Assembly: GCA_964432785.1 (NCBI GenBank)
Contig: CAYSOV010000001.1
Span: 33,087 to 81,239 of the forward strand
DNA from: an uncultured Gammaproteobacteria bacterium
GTDB lineage: Bacteria > Patescibacteriota > Microgenomatia > UBA8517 > UBA10165
Direction: 5' to 3'
DNA length: 48,153 nt
This document shows, piece after piece, positions 32,976 to 41,328 of the stretch. The position numbers and the translations under genes were made by a program. The stretch's first letter is position 1. Each line of letters begins with the position of its first letter. The notes under the pieces are model-generated. The model ran no database searches and was not told the DNA's origin. It saw only the letters and a program-made list of their open reading frames with translations.

Positions 32976-35257
32976 CTCTCGGCAATCACCTCCACTTTAA
33001 TATTTTTCGGTATGCGCGGGAGCGTCTCCAGTTTACCGGGAAGCCTTATGCTAAAGTCTACCTCTGCTCTTGTAAATCCGGGTATCTTCGCAAGATAATC
33101 TTTGGCGACATTTTGGTATTTGCCGGCAACCGCGCGGGATATTTGGTCGGTGTCCACTTTAGGCAAAAGGTTGGCCTTAACCTCGGCAATAAATATATTT
33201 TGTTCCTTTACTGTTTCTTTTTTCTCTTTTCGCTCTTCTTGCTCTTTTCGCTTATAACTTACTTCCACCTGATCTTGTCTTAAGACAAAACCGCTTGGGA
33301 TATCGCTTTCAAGGGCCGCCTTTATGAGGGCGTTTAGGGCATCGGCCGGCATAACAAAAGCTATAACCTTTCCCTCTATGGACAGTTTTAATGTCGTCGT
33401 TTCCTCGCCAACCTTATTACTAAAGGTTTTACTCGTCGGCTCAAGCAAGGCCGAACCTTCTATCAAAACATCTTCTTTCTTCAAGCTCGCGCCAATACTC
33501 CCGGCGCCTTTTTGTAAAAGCTCTTCTGACAGCTCTTTCTCAAGAGTGGCCGCGTCCTCTTTGGACACCGCCGAGACTTCCCTTGATGTCCCTCCGCTTA
33601 ATACCTCTTCGTTTTTAGCGCTTAAGGCACTCTTTGCGAAATTACCTACGGAGAATTCGGTGCCCGAAACCAAATTATATTGGGCGCCTATATCGGAGGC
33701 CGTAACGGAGACGGTGGTCCTTGAGGGATTTGCGCTACTGCTTCCCGACGCGACGGGCGTATCGCTATCCAAAGTAAACTTTAGACTGTTCGGGCCCGTG
33801 AAGACAACCCCGGACTTGAGTGTTGTAGACCCGCCGGCATTATAAATAACAACCTTGCCTTTCGCCCTGTCGCCAACGGTTTTTGTTCCGCTTGCCCGGC
33901 CTGTTTTTTCGCCCGATACGGAGGTTTCCAGCTTCCTTGCGGGAACAGTTTTGTCGGCCTGGCTGATTACGGAAACTTGAGGGTCTGCTGTAAACTCAAC
34001 GCTTTTCTCAAGTGTTTTTGGGGCAACATACACGGTAATTTGAGCCTTCGGCAAATACCAATATAAAACCCCACCCAAGGCCAAGAGAAAGAAAAAAACA
34101 ACAGCAAAGATGCCGGCGAATCGAAATGCGCCGCTTCCGAAAGATAAAGACGGAGGCGAGAATGCCCATGTTTTTGTCGGCAAGCTAAGTTTGGGTAAAG
34201 AAGGAAGTCCTCTTGAAACCTTGGGGGGCACCGGCTCTTTCTCTGTTTCTTCTACTTCTTCTTCGGCAGCTTCTTCGCCCTCTCTTTTTAGGCTTTCCTC
34301 CTTTTGCCTGCCCACCGAAGCCCCGTCAGCCGGCGGGGCGTAGGCAGGATTTTTTACTTCTTGTTGCGCAGCATCGGATCCTTTTATAAAACCCAACTCT
34401 TCTATAGATACCTCCTCGAGTTCTTTTTCCGGTTCTCCCCCCAAAGCCTCGCTTTCTACCCCGGTTTTAACCTCCTCTCCCTCTTCTTTCCCGGGAAACT
34501 CAACCGTCCTTGCTTGGGCAACCTCAATTCCTCCCGCAAGGGAAACTGCGGAAATTCCAACATCCTCCGGCAATATCTCAACCTTTGGTGTATGTAGGAA
34601 TGTAACTTTTAGATCTCTCCACTCGACATTAATAAGATTTTGTCTTGCCTCATCTAAATTCCCTGCCCTGTGGTCATAAAGAAGAATTCTTGACGGGTAT
34701 TGAGGGACAACAGGCAGCCTTGCCAACCCCTCTGCAATATCTTGCCCCAAAGATATACTCCTTGCAACCTCTACCGTCCCTAAAATTTTTCCCGCCTGGA
34801 TAAAGCTTAGGTCTATGAAATCCTCGGCAAGTCCCACCAAGAGCGCGTTAAGAAGAGCGCCTTCTTTGGCCTTTTGAAAATGAGCAATTGCTTCCGGAAT
34901 TACAACAAACCCGGCCGGTTTTAACTCAAGCTCTTTACATAACTTTTTTAAAATCTCAAGCCTCTCCTTTTTTATACCGCCTTTCTCGATCCAAGAGGGT
35001 AAAAGACCAAAAACAACCCTTGTCGGCTCGGTAACATCCTCGGCGAGGATCGCGGCTGCTGCGGAAAGAGAACTATCGGCGGCGATCATTAAAGTATCGG
35101 GGTTATCTTCCTGCCAAGACGCCGCTCCTCCTTGAGCAACAACCTCAACCTTTTCTCCGATAACTCTCCAAATACCGGCCTCGACCCAATTGCGAGCCAC
35201 AACAAGACTCCACAAATGTTCTATTTCTTGCTGTTTTTTGAAGATACCCAAATCCAT
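32972..35257 (-). CDS. 761-aa bitopic membrane protein: cytoplasmic actin-like (FtsA/PilM/GspL-type) domain, acidic linker, TM helix, large ectodomain
   Basis: ATG at 35257 (MDLGIFKKQQ...); the TTG at 35305 lies inside the IGR-E repeat and is rejected. The N-terminal ~230 aa follow the ASKHA pattern, but VGLAEDFIDLS replaces the DxGGGxxD phosphate loop. TM helix FAGIFAVVFFFLLALGGVLYWYL. The beta-rich ectodomain of about 330 aa resembles what I recall of proteins annotated baseplate J-like (unverified). Confidence 0.7.
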   Translation of the reverse strand: MDLGIFKKQQEIEHLWSLVVARNWVEAGIWRVIGEKVEVVAQGGAASWQEDNPDTLMIAADSSLSAAAAILAEDVTEPTRVVFGLLPSWIEKGGIKKERLEILKKLCKELELKPAGFVVIPEAIAHFQKAKEGALLNALLVGLAEDFIDLSFIQAGKILGTVEVARSISLGQDIAEGLARLPVVPQYPSRILLYDHRAGNLDEARQNLINVEWRDLKVTFLHTPKVEILPEDVGISAVSLAGGIEVAQARTVEFPGKEEGEEVKTGVESEALGGEPEKELEEVSIEELGFIKGSDAAQQEVKNPAYAPPADGASVGRQKEESLKREGEEAAEEEVEETEKEPVPPKVSRGLPSLPKLSLPTKTWAFSPPSLSFGSGAFRFAGIFAVVFFFLLALGGVLYWYLPKAQITVYVAPKTLEKSVEFTADPQVSVISQADKTVPARKLETSVSGEKTGRASGTKTVGDRAKGKVVIYNAGGSTTLKSGVVFTGPNSLKFTLDSDTPVASGSSSANPSRTTVSVTASDIGAQYNLVSGTEFSVGNFAKSALSAKNEEVLSGGTSREVSAVSKEDAATLEKELSEELLQKGAGSIGASLKKEDVLIEGSALLEPTSKTFSNKVGEETTTLKLSIEGKVIAFVMPADALNALIKAALESDIPSGFVLRQDQVEVSYKRKEQEERKEKKETVKEQNIFIAEVKANLLPKVDTDQISRAVAGKYQNVAKDYLAKIPGFTRAEVDFSIRLPGKLETLPRIPKNIKVEVIAER

Positions 35258-35395
35258 ATACAAGAAAATTCGAAATTCGAATATCGAAATCCTAAACAAA
35301 TTCAAAATTCTAATTTTCTAAATTCCAAACTGTTTTAAATTTTGGATTTTCGTAATTAGATATTATTTCGAATTTCGTGCTTAGGGTTTCGAGTT
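35258..35395 (-). repeat. IGR-E copy 2 (fills the whole alaS / 761-aa gene spacer)
   Basis: See 645..830. It also shares the 14-mer aaattttggatttt (35337..35350) with the rpmJ-rpsM spacer (4367..4380). Confidence 0.75.
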
Positions 35396-37213
35396 TTATT
35401 TAAGCTCCGCGTATACCCTTCTAACGCCCGCGCCCAATCCTTCTTCCTTTATAATTGTAACATGGCCGATCTCCCCCGTATTCTCAACATGCGGCCCTCC
35501 GCAAACCTCCCGACTGAAAGGAGTCCCTGAGCGAGCCTGCCCTGAGCCTGTCGAATGGGTCGAAGGGTCCCCAATTGCATAAACTTTGACTTTCTCTCCA
35601 TATTTTTCGCCAAAGAAGGCAATGGCTCCTTCTTTTAGCGCTTCATCAAGCGTCGTCTCCTTCCAAGAAACAGGTAAATTTTCTTTTATCTTCCGATTAA
35701 CCAATTCGCTAATTAACTTTATTTCCTCTTCGGTAAGAGGTTTTGGATGGGAAAAATCAAAACGCAATCTCTTTTTAGTTATATTAGAACCTCTTTGCTG
35801 TACATGGGTACCCAAAACTTCTCTTAGTGCTTTGTGTAAAAGATGGGTTGCAGTATGCAGTTTTCGCGTTTCGGACGAATCCTCAACAAGCCCTCCTTTG
35901 AATATTCCGGCAGATGCCGTTTTTGAAACTTCCCTGTGCTTCCCAAATTCCTTCTCAAATTCCGCGTGGTCAATTTCTTGTCCCTTTTCGCTTGCCAATT
36001 CCTCGGTTATCTCAAGAGGAAATCCATAAGACTGATAAAGATCAAAAGCAATTTTGCCATCTATGTGCTCAATCTTCCGAACTTCTTTTAAACCCCGATC
36101 AAGGCTTTTAGCAAATTTCTGTATTTCATCACTGATTATATCTTGAGTCTTTTTAAGCTGCTCTTTTTTGTTAATGCCACAAATACCGTCATAGAGATCA
36201 AAAATTGGATTTAATACATTTGCCAAATATGAAATGTCCACATCTAATGTGTGCATTTTGACTGCGGCACGTCTTAGCAGTCGGCGAAGAATATACCCGT
36301 GTAGTTTGTTTGAAGGCACAACACCGGAAGTGATAATAAAGGTTGCAGCTTTTATGTGGTCGGCGATAACGCGCATGTCTGACTGGTTTTGATTAACGTA
36401 TTCTCGTCCTGTAATCTCTTTAATCTTTTCCATTATTGGCCAAAAGAGATCGATTTTAAAAATATCGGGGTCGTTGTTTACTGCGGCAGTCAACCGCTCG
36501 AGTCCTCCGCCAAAATCCACATTCTTTTGAGGCAATTCTTTTAAGGAGCCGTCTGTGTCCTTGAAATACTGAATAAAGACCGAGTTTCCGATTTCCAAAA
36601 ATCTTCCGCATCCGCAATTCGGGTGACAAGGACTCTCCTTGTCATGAAACTGTTCTCCAAAATCGTAGAAAACCTCGGAATCCGGACCGCCTATCTCGCC
36701 GGGGGGCATTTTGTCGGGAGACCCCGACATTGACCACCAATTTTCGTCCGTGCCATAGAAATAAATATGATCTTCCGAAATTCCCAATTTTCTCCATACT
36801 TTTTCTGTTTCTACATCTTTATCTACTCCGTTTCCGCCGCTAAATACAGAAACATAAAGTTTCTCCCTCGGTAGTCCAAGCTCTTTTGTTAAAAATTCAT
36901 AAAACCAAGGAAGTTGTTCTTCCTTGAAGTAATCACCGAGCGACCAGTTACCAAGCATCTCAAAAAAAGTAGTATGCCGGTTGTCGCCGACTTCCATAAT
37001 ATCTTGGCTCCTAAAAGACGGTTGGGAATTAACAAGCCGTTTTCCTAGGGGATGTGGCTCGCCTTTAAGATAAGGGACTAAAGGCTGCATTCCTGCAGAA
37101 GTAAAAAGGGTGGTGGGGTCTTGCTCAAGCACCAAGGGCGCCGCAGGAATTTCTTTGTGCCCCCGCTCCGTAAAAAACTTAATATACTTTTCCCGGATTT
37201 CCCTTGAAGTCAC
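35396..37213 (-). CDS. alaS: Alanine--tRNA ligase, short form without a C-Ala domain
   Basis: The best start is the GTG at 37213 (MTSREIREKYIKFFTERGH...); the tracked ORF begins at TTG 37345 inside a palindrome. Catalytic core (FTSAGMQP, FFEMLGNWS) and editing-domain motifs (HTATHLLH, CGGPHV). The protein ends just after the editing domain. Confidence 0.88.
   Translation of the reverse strand: MTSREIREKYIKFFTERGHKEIPAAPLVLEQDPTTLFTSAGMQPLVPYLKGEPHPLGKRLVNSQPSFRSQDIMEVGDNRHTTFFEMLGNWSLGDYFKEEQLPWFYEFLTKELGLPREKLYVSVFSGGNGVDKDVETEKVWRKLGISEDHIYFYGTDENWWSMSGSPDKMPPGEIGGPDSEVFYDFGEQFHDKESPCHPNCGCGRFLEIGNSVFIQYFKDTDGSLKELPQKNVDFGGGLERLTAAVNNDPDIFKIDLFWPIMEKIKEITGREYVNQNQSDMRVIADHIKAATFIITSGVVPSNKLHGYILRRLLRRAAVKMHTLDVDISYLANVLNPIFDLYDGICGINKKEQLKKTQDIISDEIQKFAKSLDRGLKEVRKIEHIDGKIAFDLYQSYGFPLEITEELASEKGQEIDHAEFEKEFGKHREVSKTASAGIFKGGLVEDSSETRKLHTATHLLHKALREVLGTHVQQRGSNITKKRLRFDFSHPKPLTEEEIKLISELVNRKIKENLPVSWKETTLDEALKEGAIAFFGEKYGEKVKVYAIGDPSTHSTGSGQARSGTPFSREVCGGPHVENTGEIGHVTIIKEEGLGAGVRRVYAELK
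35521..35570. repeat. In-frame GC-rich repeat insertion within the alaS editing domain
   Basis: ccctgagc occurs twice (35525..35532, 35540..35547), and gtcgaaNgg occurs twice in tandem (35550..35558, 35559..35567). It encodes ...PSTHSTGSGQARSGTP... between AIGD and FSREVCGGPH. Confidence 0.6.
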
Positions 37214-37223
37214 TATAAACCCA

Positions 37224-37232
37224 ATTCTACCA
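37224..37232 (-). promoter_or_regulatory. Extended -10 element 10 nt upstream of the alaS GTG
   Basis: The minus strand reads TGgTAGAAT-tgggtttata-GTG. No SD. Confidence 0.35.
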
Positions 37233-37320
37233 AACTTGAGGTTGAAGCTCCATTGGCGAAAAGCAAGATCGTGCACCCCCCCAATCCCAATCCCGAAAGA
37301 TGGTATTTGTTTAACTTTGG

Positions 37321-37358
37321 TTAACACACTTTGTCGCCATGGCAACTAACTGTGTTAA
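37321..37358. repeat. 38-nt near-perfect palindrome centred on CCATGG
   Basis: ttaacaca-ctttgtcgCCATGGcaactaac-tgtgttaa. The outer 8 bp are perfect, and the inner arm has 2 mismatches and 1 wobble. Confidence 0.75.
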
Positions 37359-37434
37359 AGAGTAGGTTTGCTTGCAGTGAACTATTAGGCACTGGGCCAG
37401 TCGTGGGCCGTTAGGCCTTGAGTTTCTTGAAGGA

Positions 37435-38022
37435 CTAGTCGAATCTGAAGGTGGAAAGGATTTGGTTGAAAAGTTCGTAATCACTTTGTTTATACGGATC
37501 AATAGCATAAAGCGTTGAGATCGTAATTCTTACAGCATCTTTTTGATTAGGGTTCTGAACCCAAATATCCTCAAGAAAAGGGGGGTTATCTGACCATCTT
37601 ATTGCTGGATAACCAGAGATAATAATATCTTCTGTCGGCCTTGTTTGAGATTCAATACTTACCGACTCGTACGTCCTTGAGTATATCGTCATACCGCAAC
37701 ATCTTCCTTGTCCACCGGTTCCTTGCTCCGATACTTCATTACGGTAAAAAGCGACAGATGCTTCAGGGCTTGTTTCAACTTTTACATCAGATGGATACCT
37801 TAATTGATATCCATATTTAGTATTAATGTATGTTTTCCAATTAGCAGTCGGGTCGGGAGTGGGCTGTGTTGTTTGTTGGGTTTCAGTGATCTGGGGTTTG
37901 TTTGAATTCTTGCCTAAATAATAAGCTCCGCCGGCCACAGCTACCACAAGAACTAAAACCAAAATAAAAATTCCAACGATTCCCGTTTGTCCCGCACGGC
38001 CTTTTTGGTTCATTCGCAGCAT
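37435..38022 (-). CDS. Membrane-anchored secreted protein of unknown function (195 aa)
   Basis: N-terminal TM segment (IVGIFILVLVLVVAVAGGAYYL), a Thr/Gln/Pro linker, then ...ANWKTYINTKYGYQLRYPSD.... Alternative ATG at 38013. Confidence 0.7.
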   Translation of the reverse strand: MLRMNQKGRAGQTGIVGIFILVLVLVVAVAGGAYYLGKNSNKPQITETQQTTQPTPDPTANWKTYINTKYGYQLRYPSDVKVETSPEASVAFYRNEVSEQGTGGQGRCCGMTIYSRTYESVSIESQTRPTEDIIISGYPAIRWSDNPPFLEDIWVQNPNQKDAVRITISTLYAIDPYKQSDYELFNQILSTFRFD

Positions 38023-38050
38023 TGGTACTTATTGGTATTATTTGAAATTC

Positions 38051-38428
38051 TCATGATGTCAGAGGTTTTCCGTCTTTATGGAAAAAACGGCGGCCGCGCT
38101 CCTGGAGGACTTGAATATGGGAATGGGGAAGGGGTTCCTCTGGTTCTTCTTCGGAATAATCTCTTTGCGTATCCGCACCCCCGTTCTTGTTCATAACCAT
38201 GTTAACCAAATTGCCAAAACTTTTCACCCCTTCAAGAAAATTTGAAAACCCTACAATGGGTCTTGCAACGGACTCCGAGATAAGATTTGCATCATCTAAA
38301 ATTTTATTAATCTTATCAAGGGTGCGCTTTGCTTCCTTAAGGATAAAGAAAACTTGAACCCCAAGGACAACAAGAAGAACCGTCAGAATTGTGACTACGC
38401 TATAGAGCAGGATTTGCGTTGAGTCCAT
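38051..38428 (-). CDS. Small membrane protein, DUF948/YtxH-like architecture (125 aa)
   Basis: N-terminal TM segment followed by an amphipathic helix (FFILKEAKRTLDKINKILDDANLISESV) and an acidic tail. The family assignment is from memory of this architecture only. Confidence 0.6.
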   Translation of the reverse strand: MDSTQILLYSVVTILTVLLVVLGVQVFFILKEAKRTLDKINKILDDANLISESVARPIVGFSNFLEGVKSFGNLVNMVMNKNGGADTQRDYSEEEPEEPLPHSHIQVLQERGRRFFHKDGKPLTS

Positions 38429-38433
38429 ATTTT

Positions 38434-38442
38434 AGATTAGCA
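38434..38442 (-). promoter_or_regulatory. Extended -10 element 5 nt upstream of the start at 38428
   Basis: The minus strand reads TGcTAATCT-aaaat-ATG, within the 21-nt spacer after the rodZ-like stop. No SD. Confidence 0.35.
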
Positions 38443-38449
38443 TTATTTT

Positions 38450-39127
38450 TTAGCGCTCGTCAACGGTCTTTTCTATAACCGTTTCTTTACCTCCGCGGGA
38501 TATCGCTTTAATTTCAACCGCTCCTCCCGCATCCGGTTTATCAATCTCCGTGCTGAAGACACCGCTTTCATTAACTAAAATCCCCCGGCCGTTTACCTGA
38601 ATTGTAGCAGTCGGGACAGTCTTCCCAATAACTAAAATTTTATTATCTCCAATAATTAATTTGCTAACCTCAAGCGGGGGAGCGCCCACAAAAAGCGCAT
38701 ATTGCCTGGCCAAATAAAAACCAAGGACTAAAAGAGTTGCCGCAATTGTAAAAACAAATGTCGTCCTTGGCGTCCAAAAAGACCGCTTCGAGAAAGAGGC
38801 CTCGTGCCTTTGTAAAACCTGCTTCCTTTGGGGAAAATCGCGGCGTAGTAGAGCCGTGACTATCTTTGGATTTACTTCAACAGCCTGGGCGTAATTTCTT
38901 GCAAATCCCTGCGCAATCGAAAAATTTGGCAGAACGGAGTAGTCCGCGTTCTCAAGCGCCGAAAGAAATTTTTCTTTTATCCTTGTTTCCCTTGCTATGT
39001 GCTCAAGCGATTTCTCGCCTTTTTCCCGCGCTTCTTTGAGTATTTGTCCTGCCGTTCTCATAAATGAGGATAGGAGGGACGAGGACAGGAAGGATGAATC
39101 TGTGAAATATTCCGACTCATCATTCAT
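38450..39127 (-). CDS. RodZ-like cytoskeleton protein (HTH + TM + C-terminal domain)
   Basis: XRE-type HTH (GQILKEAREKGEKSLEHIARETRIKEKFLSALENADY...GFARNYA) followed by a TM segment (FVFTIAATLLVLGFYLA). An alternative start at 39061 (MRTAGQ...) is possible. Confidence 0.75.
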   Translation of the reverse strand: MNDESEYFTDSSFLSSSLLSSFMRTAGQILKEAREKGEKSLEHIARETRIKEKFLSALENADYSVLPNFSIAQGFARNYAQAVEVNPKIVTALLRRDFPQRKQVLQRHEASFSKRSFWTPRTTFVFTIAATLLVLGFYLARQYALFVGAPPLEVSKLIIGDNKILVIGKTVPTATIQVNGRGILVNESGVFSTEIDKPDAGGAVEIKAISRGGKETVIEKTVDER

Positions 39128-39137
39128 TCCTCTTCAC

Positions 39138-41222
39138 TCACTGACTCCCATGCAGTTGTGCTATAAATTCCTCCGCGCTTCTTACTAGGACATCCCTAGG
39201 CTTTGACCCCTCGGCCGGTCCAACAACTCCTGCCGCCTCAAGCTGGTCAAGAATCCTTGCCGCTCTTGCATATCCTATTGCCAGGCGTCTTTGGAGAAGA
39301 GAGGCGGAGGCCTTGTCATGATCGCAAATCACCCGAACGGCGTCTTCAAAGAACTCGTCTTTTTCCTCGCCCACTCCCAAATGCCCTTTTGTTGCCCGAG
39401 TAGGCATTGTAACCACTTCCTCCGTATATTGCGGAGCGACCCCGGTCTTTCGTAAAAATTCAATAAGGCCCGTTGTGTCGCTATCCGAAACATACGCTCC
39501 TTGGATTCTTTTTGGCTTCGCCTCGTCCGGCGGCAGAAAAAGCATATCTCCCCGTCCCAAGAGCCTTTCTGCTCCGGGCATATCAAGAATTACCCGGGAA
39601 TCAACTTGGGAGGCAACGGCAAAAGCAATGCGGCAGGGAATATTGGCCTTAATAAGGCCGGTTAATATATCAACCGAGGGGCGCTGGGTCGCCAAGACCA
39701 TATGAATGCCTGTGGCGCGGCTCATTTGCGCCAAACGGGTTATTGTATCCTCAACCTCAACGGGCGAGAAAAGCATAACATCCGCCAGCTCGTCAATAAC
39801 CAAAACAATGTAGGGGAGAGCCTGAAACCCGGAAATTTCATTATAGGAATCGATATTTCTGGCGCCGACTTGGGCAAACATTTTGTATCTTTGCTCCATC
39901 TCGGAAACCAGATATTTAATCGCCGATACAACTTTTCCGGGCTCGACAATTACAGGAGAAAGAAGGTGTGGAATCCCATTAAATCCCGTTAACTCAACCC
40001 GCTTTGGATCAACAAGAACGAATTTAACCTCGGAGGGAGAGGCGCGGAAAAGTATTGAGGCCAAAAACGCATTTATCGCAACGGATTTCCCGGATCCCGT
40101 TTGACCGGCAATAAGTGTATGGGGCATCTTTGCCAGATCGGCAATAACAGGCTTCCCCGAGACATCAAGTCCAAGCGCAATAGAAAGCTTTGAGCGGGAA
40201 TCGCGCATTAAAGACGATTCCAAAATCTTTTTCAGGGGCACGAACTCCGGCGAACGGTTCGGAAGCTCTATGCCGACTAGTGAGCGGCCGGGTATCGGGG
40301 CCTCAATTCTTATTTGCCCGGAAGGCGCAGCGAGGGCCAAGGCCAAATCATTCGAAAGAGCCGTAATCTTTGAGAGCTTTGTTCCGAGAGCAACCTCAAT
40401 TGCATATTGGGTAACGGCAGGCCCCATGTTAACCTCGACCACTTTTGCCTGAATCCCGAAGGATTCGAGTGTTTTTTCAATAACCGCCGCGTTTGCTTTT
40501 ACATCTCCCCTGTCTGCCTTGCCAGATACCGACTCGGAAAGAATGGAAAGGGGCGGATAGTTCCAAACCCCCTCTCCTCCCGGGGGATTAATTGCTGGTC
40601 TAACAATTGCTTCCTCGCTTACCTTTTGCGCGCCTTTTTCTTTCTCTCCTTCTCTTGAGATTTCACCTCCGCTGACTTTTATTCCGGCGGTCCTGGGAGA
40701 AAATGCCTGCTTTTGCGAAGAACCCAAAATAATACCTCGAAGACTTACTAAGACAGAAACAAAAAAGGCCAGTAGTTGGTCCAATGAAGCATTAAAAAAG
40801 ACCAAAAGACCGACGATAACTCCTCCTAAAAAAATTATTGCCGCCCCTATTGGAGTAACAAGGGACGAAACCCCAAGCCAAGCTTCAAGCCCGAATTTGC
40901 CTGCCCGGGTCAAAGAACCCGCGGATAACGAAAGCAGGATCGCTCCGACTAAGACATTGGGCTGATTAAGCGGGTTTTTAAACCGGGAAAGCATAAGACC
41001 GGAGACAAGGAGAATAAAGGGGAGGAATATGGTCGTCCAGGAAAAGTATAAAAGCAAAAGCTCGTTAAGTTTAAGAAGGAGCGAGCCTTGTCTCGAAAAA
41101 GAAAGAACAACAAGACCGGCCAAAGAAAAAAATACAATCTGGCCAATGGAAAAAATCGTGTGCTTCTTAAGTTTTATTCTGAAGGATCTTCTCCAAAGCG
41201 GTCCTCTGCGATGTCTGGGCAT
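39138..41222 (-). CDS. ftsK: DNA translocase FtsK/SpoIIIE
   Basis: N-terminal TM helices. Walker A LIAGQTGSGKSV and Walker B VLVIDELADV. C-terminal winged-helix gamma domain (SASLLQRRLAIGYARAARILDQLEAAGVVG). Confidence 0.93.
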   Translation of the reverse strand: MPRHRRGPLWRRSFRIKLKKHTIFSIGQIVFFSLAGLVVLSFSRQGSLLLKLNELLLLYFSWTTIFLPFILLVSGLMLSRFKNPLNQPNVLVGAILLSLSAGSLTRAGKFGLEAWLGVSSLVTPIGAAIIFLGGVIVGLLVFFNASLDQLLAFFVSVLVSLRGIILGSSQKQAFSPRTAGIKVSGGEISREGEKEKGAQKVSEEAIVRPAINPPGGEGVWNYPPLSILSESVSGKADRGDVKANAAVIEKTLESFGIQAKVVEVNMGPAVTQYAIEVALGTKLSKITALSNDLALALAAPSGQIRIEAPIPGRSLVGIELPNRSPEFVPLKKILESSLMRDSRSKLSIALGLDVSGKPVIADLAKMPHTLIAGQTGSGKSVAINAFLASILFRASPSEVKFVLVDPKRVELTGFNGIPHLLSPVIVEPGKVVSAIKYLVSEMEQRYKMFAQVGARNIDSYNEISGFQALPYIVLVIDELADVMLFSPVEVEDTITRLAQMSRATGIHMVLATQRPSVDILTGLIKANIPCRIAFAVASQVDSRVILDMPGAERLLGRGDMLFLPPDEAKPKRIQGAYVSDSDTTGLIEFLRKTGVAPQYTEEVVTMPTRATKGHLGVGEEKDEFFEDAVRVICDHDKASASLLQRRLAIGYARAARILDQLEAAGVVGPAEGSKPRDVLVRSAEEFIAQLHGSQ

Positions 41223-41232
41223 GACAGGTTTG

Positions 41233-41241
41233 ATTATAGCA
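41233..41241 (-). promoter_or_regulatory. Extended -10 element 10 nt upstream of the ftsK ATG
   Basis: The minus strand reads TGcTATAAT-caaacctgtc-ATG. No SD. It lies at the end of the proximal 27-bp repeat copy. Confidence 0.45.
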
Positions 41242-41291
41242 TAGCTTGAACGCTACGCGTTATAAGCATAGCTTGAACGCTACGCGTTATA
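41238..41291. repeat. Perfect tandem duplication of a 27-bp unit
   Basis: agcatagcttgaacgctacgcgttata occurs twice (41238..41264, 41265..41291). A hairpin acacgc-aag-gcgtgt follows at 41292..41306. Confidence 0.9.
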
Positions 41292-41309
41292 ACACGCAAG
41301 GCGTGTTTG

Positions 41310-41328
41310 AAAACAGCTATGCTGTTTT
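41310..41328 (-). terminator. Bidirectional-type intrinsic terminator after rnj
   Basis: AAAACAGC-tat-GCTGTTTT. This is an 8-bp stem including the A/T arms, with a U-run on both strands, about 36 nt after the rnj stop. Confidence 0.55.

Noticed and set aside
32972-35257. The 761-aa protein, the 195-aa secreted protein or the metzincin as the substrate of the adjacent sortase.
   Set aside because: None has a C-terminal LPXTG-like motif followed by a hydrophobic segment and a basic tail. LPTNK in the metzincin linker and LPGKLETLP near the 761-aa C-terminus lack that context.
37214-37434. T-box riboswitch upstream of alaS.
   Set aside because: The length is right, but I could not find the conserved T-box sequence (GGGTGGTACCGCG-like) or a terminator/antiterminator pair. 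The nearest match (GGGGGTGCACGATC) is poor. Only a cmsearch run could settle it.
41238-41291. CRISPR-like array (also considered for 45432..45520).
   Set aside because: The repeat units are directly adjacent with no spacers, there are only 2-3 copies, one set lies inside a coding region, and there are no cas genes in the window.
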